From Collinsella sp. (lineage in GTDB: Bacteria > Actinomycetota > Coriobacteriia > Coriobacteriales > Coriobacteriaceae): 64,000 nt of DNA. The notes under the pieces were generated by a model. That model had not been told where the DNA came from, did no database searches, and saw nothing but the letters and a program-made list of their open reading frames with translations. The stretch's first letter is position 1. Every line of letters begins with the position of its first letter. Shown in pieces: positions 20,611 to 29,682 of the stretch. The stretch covers positions 8,910-72,909 of the forward strand of contig JAHYYN010000100.1 of assembly GCA_019424945.1 (NCBI GenBank), in the 5' to 3' direction. A program made the position numbers and the translations under genes.

Positions 20611-20748
20611 GGCCTATCTACTACATTAAACCCATTACCCCCAACCATGCCGAATTTAGCGAATTCAAAACCGCAGGTAGACGGCTCGTCGATTTTGTAA
20701 AAACGCAGGTGTGCTCGGACTATACGGGTCAAACGTAGTAGATAGGCC
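20611..20748. repeat. MITE-like element E1 with 14-bp terminal inverted repeats
   Basis: GGCCTATCTACTAC ... GTAGTAGATAGGCC; internal AAAACCGCAGGTAGA at 20667. Confidence 0.8.
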
Positions 20749-20809
20749 GTTTTCGTGGCGCAACCCCAGACCAGTCGCCGGGGCGTTGTTCATTCCTGAA
20801 AAAATTCAA

Positions 20810-20835
20810 CCCCGCGATCGGGCTTGATCGCGGGG
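20810..20835 (-). terminator. Hairpin/terminator downstream of zinc-ribbon gene
   Basis: CCCCGCGATC-GGGCTT-GATCGCGGGG. Confidence 0.6.
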
Positions 20836-20845
20836 CCACTTGTCA

Positions 20846-21082
20846 CTAGTGGCTATGCGGGCAGTTAGCGCAGCAGCCGCTGGTGGCGCTGGTGCTGGAG
20901 CCGCCGCTTCGCTGGTCGGTGTTGTAGAAGCCGCTGCCCTCAAACTTGATGCCGCTGGCCGAGAACGTCTTGGCGGCCGGAGCGCCGCAGTTGGGGCACA
21001 CGACCTCGGGGGTCTCGGACATGGGATGCTCAACCTCAAACACGTTGCCGCAGCTCGAGCACTTGTAATCGTAGCGCGCCAT
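20846..21082 (-). CDS. FmdB-family zinc ribbon protein
   Basis: YDYKCSSCG..FE...CPNCG...FEGSGFYNTD. Confidence 0.9.
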   Translation of the reverse strand: MARYDYKCSSCGNVFEVEHPMSETPEVVCPNCGAPAAKTFSASGIKFEGSGFYNTDQRSGGSSTSATSGCCANCPHSH

Positions 21083-21170
21083 AATACTTCCTTTTCAGCA
21101 CAAAGCGGGCAGATTGCTCTGCCCGCAAAAATTCAAACGTCTGTAACTGTACCCTATATCGGGCGTTTTA

Positions 21171-24100
21171 TCACGCTTCGCCCCAGAATCTATGCGTGTT
21201 GCGCAGGAGCTGTGCGGTTTTGCCCTCAGCGGCCGCAACGTCGGCCTCGTCAGCCTGCCAGGTCCAGTTGCCCGTGGCCACGCCCGGTACGTTCATGCGC
21301 GTGTCGTCGCCAAGCCCCAGCACGTCCTGCAGCGGCATCATCACCAGGGGAGCGTCGCTTGTCAGGGCGTTGCCCATGAGCTCGCTTGCCAATGCAATGC
21401 CGCTCGGTTCGTCGCCACCCGCAAAGGAGCGCGTGCACCAGCCGGCAAGCGTCGAGGTGTCGTGCGTCGAGGTGTACAGGATCTTGCCCGGTGTGGGATG
21501 AATTCCGCAGCGAACGTCGTAGTCGCTAAACTCCAGCACGTCCATGCCGGGGAAGCCGCAGGTCGAGGCCATCGCACGAACGCCAGGTGTCAGATAGCCC
21601 AGGTCCTCGGCGATAAAGTTGAGCGGCCCCAGCTCGTCATAGGCGGTCTGGAACAGGTCCTTGCCCGGGCCTGCCAGCCAACGCCCGTCGGCGCAGGCCT
21701 TACCCGCGGGAATGCTAAAGTAGCTGTGGAAGCCCAGAAAGTGATCCAGGCGCACGCGGTCGTAGAGCGAAAACGCACGACGCAGACGATCCATCCACCA
21801 GTTATAGCCGTTCTGCTTCATGTGGTCCCAGCGGAACGTTGGGTTGCCCCACACCTGGCCCTCGGGCGCAAAGTTATCGGGCGGCGCACCGGAGATCTCG
21901 ATTGCCTTACCGGTATCGGACAGCCAGAAGTTCTCGGGTTCGCTCCACGCATCTGCCGAATCGTCGGACACGTACATAGGAATATCGCCGATGACCTCGA
22001 TGCCCTTCTTGTGTGCATAGTTCATGAGCTCGCACCAGGCCAGGTCAAAGCGGTACTGCATGTAAGCCTGCAGCTCTGCCTCGTCGTGGAAACGCTTGTC
22101 GTCAATCAGATGCTCGTTGTAGCGCGCGACATCGGCCGGCCAATCGTGGCGCGACTCGCCCTCAAAGTATTTCTTGACGGCCATGTAGACGCAGTACTTC
22201 TCGAGCCAATCGGCATTGCGATGTTTAAACGCGGTGTACAGCGGATCGGCATCCTCGCCGCCACGGGCCTTCCAAGTTTCAAAGTCGGCCGCCAGCTCCT
22301 CGTGGCTTTCGGGCAGCAGGTCGATATTGCCTGCAAAGGCCGAAGGACCGGCGTAAGGGGAGCGGAAGAAGTCCGTCGGGTTGACAGGCAGGACCTGCCA
22401 GTAGCGCATGCCCATAGCGGCCAGATGGTCGATAAAGCGACGCGTGGGTGCGCCGATCGTGCCGGGCTTGCCGTCATCGGTCGGTACCGAGGTGATATGG
22501 CACACAACGCCCGCGCCGTGATCGAGCGGCTCCTGCAGGCGCTGCTCGGCATGGTGATAGATGATCGACGAGCCCAGTGGATACAAATCGAGCGTGACCG
22601 TACCGTTGTGGATCTCGCACTCGTGTCCGCTGATCACGTCACTCGCGCATTCGTCGAGCGCCGGAATCGTCACGCGGTGCGAATTGCGCAGACTACGGTT
22701 AATGATAACCGTCGCGGACTCGCCATCCTTGCCCGTGCGGTTGTATGCCAGCACCTCGTCGTTGAGCGCGAAGGCCTTGATCTCGCCGTCGATCATAAAC
22801 GGCAGTGCGCGGCGTACGGCGGAGGCGTTTTTGACAATAGCCAGCGTGTCGAAGTCGTGCAGTTGGTCCTTGGTCGGCAGGGTGCGGCGGTTGCCTGGAT
22901 CGGTTAGACCCTCCAGGCCGTATTCGTCGCCGTAGTAGATCGAAGGCACGCCGGGGAAGGTCATCTGCATGAGCGTGGCGAGCCAAAAACGGCTCTTGGC
23001 CAGGCCCATCGAGTTCTCGTCCAGGCGCCATTTGCTTCGCTCGCACTCGGGCAGCTGCGACTCGTCGGGGCCGCCGCCGAGCACCGAGATGATACGCGGG
23101 CGGTCGTGGCTCGACAGCAGATTAAGTGCGCAGGACAGGGCCTCGCGCGGATAATTCTCGCGCAGGGTTTCGATATCCTCGGCTGCCTGGTAGGCGTTCT
23201 TGTAGCCCATCAAAAAGCCGATGACCATGTCGCGGAAGGGGTAATCCATAGCAGAGTCCAACTCGGAGCCCTGTAGGTAGCGACGCAGATGGCCGTAGCT
23301 AATCTTGTTGGAGGCGTCTTCCCAGACCTCACCGAGTAACAGTGCGTCGGGCTTTTCGGCAAGTACGGCCTTCTTGATCTCGGCCAGGAAGTCGTCAGAA
23401 AGCTCGTCGGCGACGTCCAGGCGCCAACCATGGGCACCGGCGCGCAACCATTTGCGGATCACGCCGTCCTTGCCCAGGAGCTTCTCTCGCACCAGCTCTG
23501 ACTTCTCGTTGATGGCCGGCATGTTGCCCACGCCCCACCAGCAGTCGTACGAGCCGTCCTCGTGGAAGTAAAACGCATCGCGCCACGGCGAGTCCTCGCT
23601 CTGCCACGCACCGACACCGGGATAGTTGCCGTAGCGGTTAAAGTAGATCGAGTCATCGCCCGTATGGTTGAAGACGCCATCCAGGATGATGGAAATGCCG
23701 AGCTTCTCGGCTGCCTCGCACAGCTCGGTAAAGTCCTGCTCGGTGCCCAGGATCGGATCGATCTTGGTGTAATCGGCTGTGTCGTAGCGGTGGTTGCTTG
23801 CGGCCTCAAAGATGGGGTTGAGGTAGATGGCTGTAAAGCCCAGCTCGGCGATGCGAGGCAGGTCTTCTTGGATGCCCTTGAGCGATCCGCCATAAAAGTC
23901 CCAGGTTTTGATGGAGCCGTCCTCGGCACGCTCGTACACGGGCGGCTCGTTCCAGTCCTCGACCATGCGGCGCTGGATTCCGTTGCGCGGTTTTTCGACT
24001 TCGGCCTGCGTGCGCTCGCGCCAGTTTTCGTCGCGGGCGTAGCGATCGGGAAAGATCTGGTAGACCATACCGCGCTCGTACCAGGTGGGACGGTTCTCGC

Positions 24101-24467
24101 GGTGCTTGTAGACGGTAATCTGGAACGACGGGACCTCAGTGTAGTTGTAAGTTACGCCCTCGCCACCGGTGCGACCCTGTGGTGCGCCTAAGCGGACCTC
24201 GGGCTGGCCCTCGATGTTGCAGATAAAGCTGTACCAGATAAGACAGGGCTCGGTGCACTCAAGCTCTGCAGTAAATATGCCGTCGCCCTCGTGCGTCATG
24301 GGATACAGAGACTCACCGATTTCATCGACCCAGGTACGCAGGGTAAGCGTTGCCTGGTTGGGGTCGGCATCCTCCAAAATCACCGAGAGCGAAACGGAAG
24401 TTCCAGTGGTCACAGCGCCAAACGGAGTGCGAAACTGCGGTAGACGGCTGTTGTGAATCAATCTCAT
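21171..24467 (-). CDS. malQ: Fusion of GH13 (neopullulanase/amylopullulanase-like) and 4-alpha-glucanotransferase (GH77)
   Basis: N-half YQIFPDR, DGVFNH, GWRLDVA, GEVW, SHD, YYGDE; C-half YWQVLP, GDIPMYV, GQVWGNP, RLDHF, AEDLG, THD, RMNVPG. Confidence 0.92.
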   Translation of the reverse strand: MRLIHNSRLPQFRTPFGAVTTGTSVSLSVILEDADPNQATLTLRTWVDEIGESLYPMTHEGDGIFTAELECTEPCLIWYSFICNIEGQPEVRLGAPQGRTGGEGVTYNYTEVPSFQITVYKHRENRPTWYERGMVYQIFPDRYARDENWRERTQAEVEKPRNGIQRRMVEDWNEPPVYERAEDGSIKTWDFYGGSLKGIQEDLPRIAELGFTAIYLNPIFEAASNHRYDTADYTKIDPILGTEQDFTELCEAAEKLGISIILDGVFNHTGDDSIYFNRYGNYPGVGAWQSEDSPWRDAFYFHEDGSYDCWWGVGNMPAINEKSELVREKLLGKDGVIRKWLRAGAHGWRLDVADELSDDFLAEIKKAVLAEKPDALLLGEVWEDASNKISYGHLRRYLQGSELDSAMDYPFRDMVIGFLMGYKNAYQAAEDIETLRENYPREALSCALNLLSSHDRPRIISVLGGGPDESQLPECERSKWRLDENSMGLAKSRFWLATLMQMTFPGVPSIYYGDEYGLEGLTDPGNRRTLPTKDQLHDFDTLAIVKNASAVRRALPFMIDGEIKAFALNDEVLAYNRTGKDGESATVIINRSLRNSHRVTIPALDECASDVISGHECEIHNGTVTLDLYPLGSSIIYHHAEQRLQEPLDHGAGVVCHITSVPTDDGKPGTIGAPTRRFIDHLAAMGMRYWQVLPVNPTDFFRSPYAGPSAFAGNIDLLPESHEELAADFETWKARGGEDADPLYTAFKHRNADWLEKYCVYMAVKKYFEGESRHDWPADVARYNEHLIDDKRFHDEAELQAYMQYRFDLAWCELMNYAHKKGIEVIGDIPMYVSDDSADAWSEPENFWLSDTGKAIEISGAPPDNFAPEGQVWGNPTFRWDHMKQNGYNWWMDRLRRAFSLYDRVRLDHFLGFHSYFSIPAGKACADGRWLAGPGKDLFQTAYDELGPLNFIAEDLGYLTPGVRAMASTCGFPGMDVLEFSDYDVRCGIHPTPGKILYTSTHDTSTLAGWCTRSFAGGDEPSGIALASELMGNALTSDAPLVMMPLQDVLGLGDDTRMNVPGVATGNWTWQADEADVAAAEGKTAQLLRNTHRFWGEA

Positions 24468-24673
24468 AGTACGGTCCAGTTCAATAGAATCATGGCCTGC
24501 TGGCCATGGGCTTTACGCACAGGATGTAAGTATATCTGTTGTACACAGGCTGTATAAACAACATCCGTTTACCATCGGCGAACGGTTGTCCTAGAAAATC
24601 GTTTTACCACCCAAATTATCGCGATATTTAATAACGTCTATACCGATACTATTTGTAGCCAAACAAAAGTACC

Positions 24674-24807
24674 CCGGTTTACTACGACGAATTGAATGAT
24701 CTCAACCACGGTCATTTTCGTGATATTAAAACCGCAGGTAGAGGCGTTGCCAATTTCGTAGATTACCCGCCGTGGTCGGCCGGAGCCATTTTGTCGTAGT
24801 AAACCGG
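24674..24807. repeat. MITE-like element E2 with 15-bp terminal inverted repeats
   Basis: CCGGTTTACTACGAC ... GTCGTAGTAAACCGG; internal AAAACCGCAGGTAGA at 24728. Confidence 0.8.
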
Positions 24808-24828
24808 CCCTCTTTTTAATGGAGAAGT

Positions 24829-24875
24829 TCAACGCAAAAGAGGGCGCCTGGTTGGGGCGCCCTCTTTTGCGTTGA
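24829..24875 (-). terminator. Terminator-like hairpin after glgA
   Basis: Perfect 20-bp stem TCAACGCAAAAGAGGGCGCC/GGCGCCCTCTTTTGCGTTGA. Confidence 0.8.
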
Positions 24876-24898
24876 GGATTAAGTTTTAATCGTCCGGA

Positions 24899-27205
24899 TT
24901 AGCGGCGCTTGCGGGTCGCCGTTGCCTTACGGACGGAGGTCTTCTTGGTCGGAGCCTTTTCCTCAGTCTTAGAGGCGGGGGAGACCGGGGCCTCCTTGGC
25001 GGGCTCGGTCTTTGCCGTAGCCTTCGGAGCGGTCTTGACCTCGGTGGCCTTTACTGCGGGCTTGTCCTCGGCCTTAGCCTCTGCCTTGGGAGCAGCAGCC
25101 TTGGTCGTGGCCTTTTTGGCCGTCGTGGTAGTGCGCTTGCGCGTGGTAGTCTTGGCAGCCGGCTTTGCCTCGACAGCTGCCTCGGCCTTGGACTCGGAGG
25201 GTGTCTCCTCGACTTTGCCGGCCGGCTTTGCGACTACCTTCGGGGTCGTCTTCGCGGCGGCCTTCGTCGTAGTAGCCTTCGTGGTCGTCGACTTCGTTGC
25301 CGTGTTCTTCTTGGCTGCCGTTGCCTTCTTGGTGGTCGCGGCCGTCTTCCTAGCAGCGGTCTTGGCCGGAGTCTTTACCGCAGGCTTATCCTCGGTGGCG
25401 TCGGCCTTTACCTCGGGAGCAGCCTCGGCCTCGGCGGCCTTCTTGGCAGCTGCGGTGGTACGCTTACGCGTGGTCGTTGCCTTGGCAACGGTGGTCTTGG
25501 TTGCCGCTGCCTTAGTCGCAGTGGGCTTCTTAGCGGTCGTCTTGCGAGTCGTGGTCTTCTTAGCCGCAGGCTTTGCTGCGGGCTTCACCTCAGGCTCGGC
25601 CTTTACGGGCTCAGCCTCAACCGGCTTCTCCTCAGCCTTGGGCTCCTCAGCAGCAGCGGGCGCCTCAACAACCGGCTCGGCTACAACCTCGGGCTCAGCA
25701 ACAGCCTCAGGCTCGTCGACAACCGCCGCCGGCCTCTCAATCTCCGGGTGCATAAAGAAGTACAGGTCTAGATACTTGTCGGCCGAGCGCGTCCAGCTAA
25801 AGTCCTGGCTCATGGCCTGCGTGACCAGCTGGTTCCAGGCCTCGCGGTTATCCCAGAACAGACGCGCCGCACGGAACACGGCGTCGCCCATCTCGTCGCC
25901 GTTAAAGTTGGTAAACGAGAAGCCCGTGCCCTCGCCGGTAAATTCGTTGTACGGGATCACGGTGTCCTTAAGTCCACCGGTCTCGCGCACGATGGGCAGG
26001 GTGCCGTAGCGCATGGCGATGATCTGCGACAGGCCGCAGGGCTCAAACTTCGAAGGCATCAGGAACATATCGGCGGCAGCATACATGCGCTGTGACAGCG
26101 CCGGATCGAACTCGATGCGCGCCGCCATGGTGCCGGGGTACTTGTCCTGGAAGTAGCGCAGGCCGTCCTCGTAGTCGCGGTCGCCGGTGCCCAGCACCGC
26201 CACCTGCACGCCGCCGGCCAGGATGCGGTCGAGCGCGTACATGACCAGGTCCAGGCCCTTCTGGCGCGTCAGGCGCGTGACCATCACCATAAGCGGACGG
26301 TCGTCGCGAACCTCGAGCCCCAGCTCTTCCTGCAGCTTGGCCTTGCACACGGCCTTGCCGGAACGGTCCTCCACGGTGTAGTTGGCGGCAATGCGCTTGT
26401 CGGTCGCCGGGTCAAAGCCCGCAACGTCGATGCCATTCAAAATGCCCTGCAGCGCGTACGAACGTTCGCGCAGAACGCCGTCCAGGCCCTCGCCAAATTC
26501 GGGCGTCTGGATCTCGCTGGCATAGGTGGGGCTCACCGTGGTAATGGCGTCGGCATAGCGCAGGGCGCCCAGCATGTAGTTGATGCTGCAGGCGTCGCAA
26601 CGCAGCTGCGAGGCGGCCGCCGGAATATGCGCCACACCAAGGATGTCCTCCATCACGGTGTCGCTAAACTGGCCCTGGAACGCCACGTTGTGGATCGAGA
26701 ACACGGTCTTGACGCGGTCGTACAGCGGCAGGCCCTGGTAGAACTCGCGCAAAAACACGGGCGCCAGCGCCGTCTGCCAGTCGTTGCAGTGCAGAATGTC
26801 GCACTCAAAGCCGGCCGGCAGGTGCTGCAAGCTCTCGGTGATGGCCTTGGAGAAGAACGCAAAACGCTCGCCGTCGTCAAAGAAGCCGTACGGATAGTCG
26901 CGCGCAAAGTAGCGCTCGTTGTCGATGAACATATAGGTGACGCCGTCGTGCTCGAGCTTCTCGAGTCCGCAGTACTCATTGCGCCAGCCCAGGCTCACGT
27001 AAAAGTCGGAGAAGTGCTCCATCTGCGCCTTGTACTCGTCCTTGATGGTGGCGTACTTGGGCACCATCACGATAACTTCGGCGCCGGCGCGTACAAGCGC
27101 CGCAGGCAGCGAGCCTGCCACGTCGCCCAGGCCACCGGTCTTTACAAACGGCGCGCACTCGGCCGAGGCAAACACGATCTGCATCTTTTTGCTGGAATCA
27201 GCCAT
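24899..27205 (-). CDS. glgA: Glycogen synthase with long low-complexity C-terminal tail (acidic then Lys/Ala/Thr/Pro-rich)
   Basis: KTGGLGDV, HCNDWQ, GILNGID, RLTRQKG, PSKFEPCGL. Confidence 0.96.
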   Translation of the reverse strand: MADSSKKMQIVFASAECAPFVKTGGLGDVAGSLPAALVRAGAEVIVMVPKYATIKDEYKAQMEHFSDFYVSLGWRNEYCGLEKLEHDGVTYMFIDNERYFARDYPYGFFDDGERFAFFSKAITESLQHLPAGFECDILHCNDWQTALAPVFLREFYQGLPLYDRVKTVFSIHNVAFQGQFSDTVMEDILGVAHIPAAASQLRCDACSINYMLGALRYADAITTVSPTYASEIQTPEFGEGLDGVLRERSYALQGILNGIDVAGFDPATDKRIAANYTVEDRSGKAVCKAKLQEELGLEVRDDRPLMVMVTRLTRQKGLDLVMYALDRILAGGVQVAVLGTGDRDYEDGLRYFQDKYPGTMAARIEFDPALSQRMYAAADMFLMPSKFEPCGLSQIIAMRYGTLPIVRETGGLKDTVIPYNEFTGEGTGFSFTNFNGDEMGDAVFRAARLFWDNREAWNQLVTQAMSQDFSWTRSADKYLDLYFFMHPEIERPAAVVDEPEAVAEPEVVAEPVVEAPAAAEEPKAEEKPVEAEPVKAEPEVKPAAKPAAKKTTTRKTTAKKPTATKAAATKTTVAKATTTRKRTTAAAKKAAEAEAAPEVKADATEDKPAVKTPAKTAARKTAATTKKATAAKKNTATKSTTTKATTTKAAAKTTPKVVAKPAGKVEETPSESKAEAAVEAKPAAKTTTRKRTTTTAKKATTKAAAPKAEAKAEDKPAVKATEVKTAPKATAKTEPAKEAPVSPASKTEEKAPTKKTSVRKATATRKRR

Positions 27206-27228
27206 ATTGTCTCCCATGTTGTAATTCG

Positions 27229-27264
27229 AGAATAGCCGCCAGGCGCGAACCGGGCGGCTATTCT
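27229..27264 (-). terminator. Hairpin between glgD and glgA
   Basis: AGAATAGCCGCC ... GGCGGCTATTCT. Confidence 0.6.
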
Positions 27265-27295
27265 ACATGTTACGAGCGATGTTGCGGTGCCAACG

Positions 27296-28423
27296 TTAAC
27301 GTACGATGGTGGTGTCGGAAGTTAACGGAGCCTTGCCCAGCACCAGGATGTTCTCGGGCGTGCCGCGAAGCTCGGTGTTGGTGGGAACCACGTTGTTCTT
27401 GTCCAGGATGGCGTTCTCAACGCGGGCGCCGCTCTTGATGATGCAGCTCTGGTTGATAATCGAGTTGGTCACCGAGGCGCCTTCCTCAACCACAACGCCG
27501 CGCGACAGGATCGAGTTGCGCACGGTGCCCTTGATGATGCAGCCGGCCGAGATGATCGAGTTGCAGGCGTGGCTGCCGGTCGCATAGCGCGAAGGCGGCA
27601 CGTCGTGAGCCTTGGTCAGGATCGGGCGCTCGGGGTCAAAGAGCTGGTCGGCCACGGTCTGGTCGAGCAGGTCCATGCTGCGGCGATACAGCGACTTCTC
27701 GCTAAACACGCCCACGACCTCGCCCTTGTACTCGTAGCTGCACACGTCGATGTTGCCAAAGTCGCCCTGGAGTGCCTCGAGCAGGTCCAGATAGTCGGCG
27801 GCCTGGTAGTGGTCGATGATCTCGAGCAGCGTCTCGCGGTTGACGATGCAGCAGTCCATAGAGGCGTTGTCGCCGTACACGACGCCGGCGCTCACGCCCG
27901 TCAGGCGGCCGTTCTCGTTAATCTCGAGCTTGGTCTCGTCATCGACGTTGCGCGTGGCCTTGCAGTACACCACGGTCATCTGGGCGCCGGAGTTCTCGTG
28001 CGCGTCGATGATGGTGTTGAGGTCCATGTTAAAGATGATGTTGGTGCCCATCATCACGACATAGGGCTTGTCCGAGCGCTGGAACAGCGTCTTGTTGGAG
28101 ATGATGTCGCGTAGCAGGAAGCGCATGCCGCCCTTGGTGGTGCCATACGCGTTGCCGGGCACCATGAACAGGCCGCCCTTCTTGCGGTCCAGGCCCCAGT
28201 CCTTGCCCGAGCCCACGTGGTCGATCAGCGAGCGGTAGTTGCCCGGCATGACGACACCGACGGTCTTGATGCCGGCATTCATCATGTTGGACAGCGGGAA
28301 GTCGATAAGGCGGTAGCGGCCCAAAAACGGTACGGACGCGATGGGGCGGTCCTTGAGCAGCACGCTGCCGTAGGTCGAAGAGTAGTTAGCGGTGATATAA
28401 CCGATGGCCTTGCGATTGATCAT
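27296..28423 (-). CDS. glgD: Glucose-1-phosphate adenylyltransferase subunit GlgD
   Basis: RPIASVPFLGRYRLIDFPLSN, GSGKDWGLDRK; lacks catalytic GGxGxRL; follows glgC. Confidence 0.93.
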   Translation of the reverse strand: MINRKAIGYITANYSSTYGSVLLKDRPIASVPFLGRYRLIDFPLSNMMNAGIKTVGVVMPGNYRSLIDHVGSGKDWGLDRKKGGLFMVPGNAYGTTKGGMRFLLRDIISNKTLFQRSDKPYVVMMGTNIIFNMDLNTIIDAHENSGAQMTVVYCKATRNVDDETKLEINENGRLTGVSAGVVYGDNASMDCCIVNRETLLEIIDHYQAADYLDLLEALQGDFGNIDVCSYEYKGEVVGVFSEKSLYRRSMDLLDQTVADQLFDPERPILTKAHDVPPSRYATGSHACNSIISAGCIIKGTVRNSILSRGVVVEEGASVTNSIINQSCIIKSGARVENAILDKNNVVPTNTELRGTPENILVLGKAPLTSDTTIVR

Positions 28424-28427
28424 CGGA

Positions 28428-29576
28428 TCATTCCCCCTTCCCGATAACGACGTCATTTCCAACGACGGCCGTATCCTTGGTGGTATCGACAGAGCCGAGC
28501 TTCACGCCCTCTTCGACCGTGGAGTTCTCGCCCAAAATAGCGCGGCAGATGTGCGCGCCGCTCTTAACGTGCGCACCCGGCAGCAGCACGGAGTCCTCGA
28601 CCACGGCGCGCTCCTCGATGATGACATCGGTCGAAAGAATCGAGTGGCGAGCGGTACCGTAGATCTTGCAGCCGTTGGAGACCAGGCAGTCGTCCAGGCG
28701 ACCATCCGGACCAATGTAGTGCGGCGGACGCGTGGTGATATTGGACATGATGGGGAAGTGCTTGTCAAACAGATCGAACTCGGGGTTGTTGCCCAGCAGG
28801 TCCATCGAGGTCTCGTGGAAGCTGGCGATGGTGCCGACGTCCTTCCAAAAGCCGTGGAACTCGTAGCTGTACAGGCGTTTGTTCTCGCCGAGCAGCTTGG
28901 GGATGATGTCCTTACCAAAGTCGTGGCTCGAGCGCTGGTCCAGAGCGTCCTCCTCGAGCGCCTCGATCAGCACGTCGGCCGAGAAGATGTAGATGCCCAT
29001 GGACGCGAGGTTCGAATCGGGCTTATCGGGCTTCTCGGTGAACTTGGTGATGCGGCCGTCCTCGGGGTCGGTGGTCAGGATGCCAAAGCGGCTGGCCTCC
29101 TCCCACGGCACGGGCATAACGCTCACCGTGAGGTCGGCGTTGTTCTCAATGTGCGTCTTGAGCATCTTGCGGTAGTCCATGCGATACAGGTGATCGCCCG
29201 AAAGAATCAGGACGTACTTGGGGTCGTTGGCCTTGATGTAGTCGAGGTTCTGCGTAATGGCGTCGGCCGTGCCCGCATACCAGGCGCCGCCGGTCTGCGT
29301 CTCGTACGGCGGCAGGATCGACACGCCGCCGTCGCGGCTGTCCAGATCCCACGCCTCGCCGGAGCCCACGTAGGCATGCAGCAGGTAGGGGCGGTACTGC
29401 GTCAGAACGCCCACCGTGTCGATGCCCGAGTTGGAGCAGTTGGACAGCGAAAAGTCGATAATGCGGAACTTGCCACCAAAGCTAACCGCCGGCTTAGCGA
29501 TCTTTTGGGTGAGTGCCCCCAATCGGCTGCCCTGTCCTCCTGCGAGGAGCATCGCGATGCATTCTTTCTTACTCAT
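28428..29576 (-). CDS. glgC: Glucose-1-phosphate adenylyltransferase
   Basis: [37 protein letters not shown]. Confidence 0.97.
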   Translation of the reverse strand: MSKKECIAMLLAGGQGSRLGALTQKIAKPAVSFGGKFRIIDFSLSNCSNSGIDTVGVLTQYRPYLLHAYVGSGEAWDLDSRDGGVSILPPYETQTGGAWYAGTADAITQNLDYIKANDPKYVLILSGDHLYRMDYRKMLKTHIENNADLTVSVMPVPWEEASRFGILTTDPEDGRITKFTEKPDKPDSNLASMGIYIFSADVLIEALEEDALDQRSSHDFGKDIIPKLLGENKRLYSYEFHGFWKDVGTIASFHETSMDLLGNNPEFDLFDKHFPIMSNITTRPPHYIGPDGRLDDCLVSNGCKIYGTARHSILSTDVIIEERAVVEDSVLLPGAHVKSGAHICRAILGENSTVEEGVKLGSVDTTKDTAVVGNDVVIGKGE

Positions 29577-29682
29577 CGATTTCTCCTTCTGTCATCGATG
29601 TTCCTAAACCCATTAGCGACGGGCGCAGCGCAACGTTGCGCCCGTCGAGTAATGCCGTGCGGCAAAGGGAGCTCGCGCGCCT

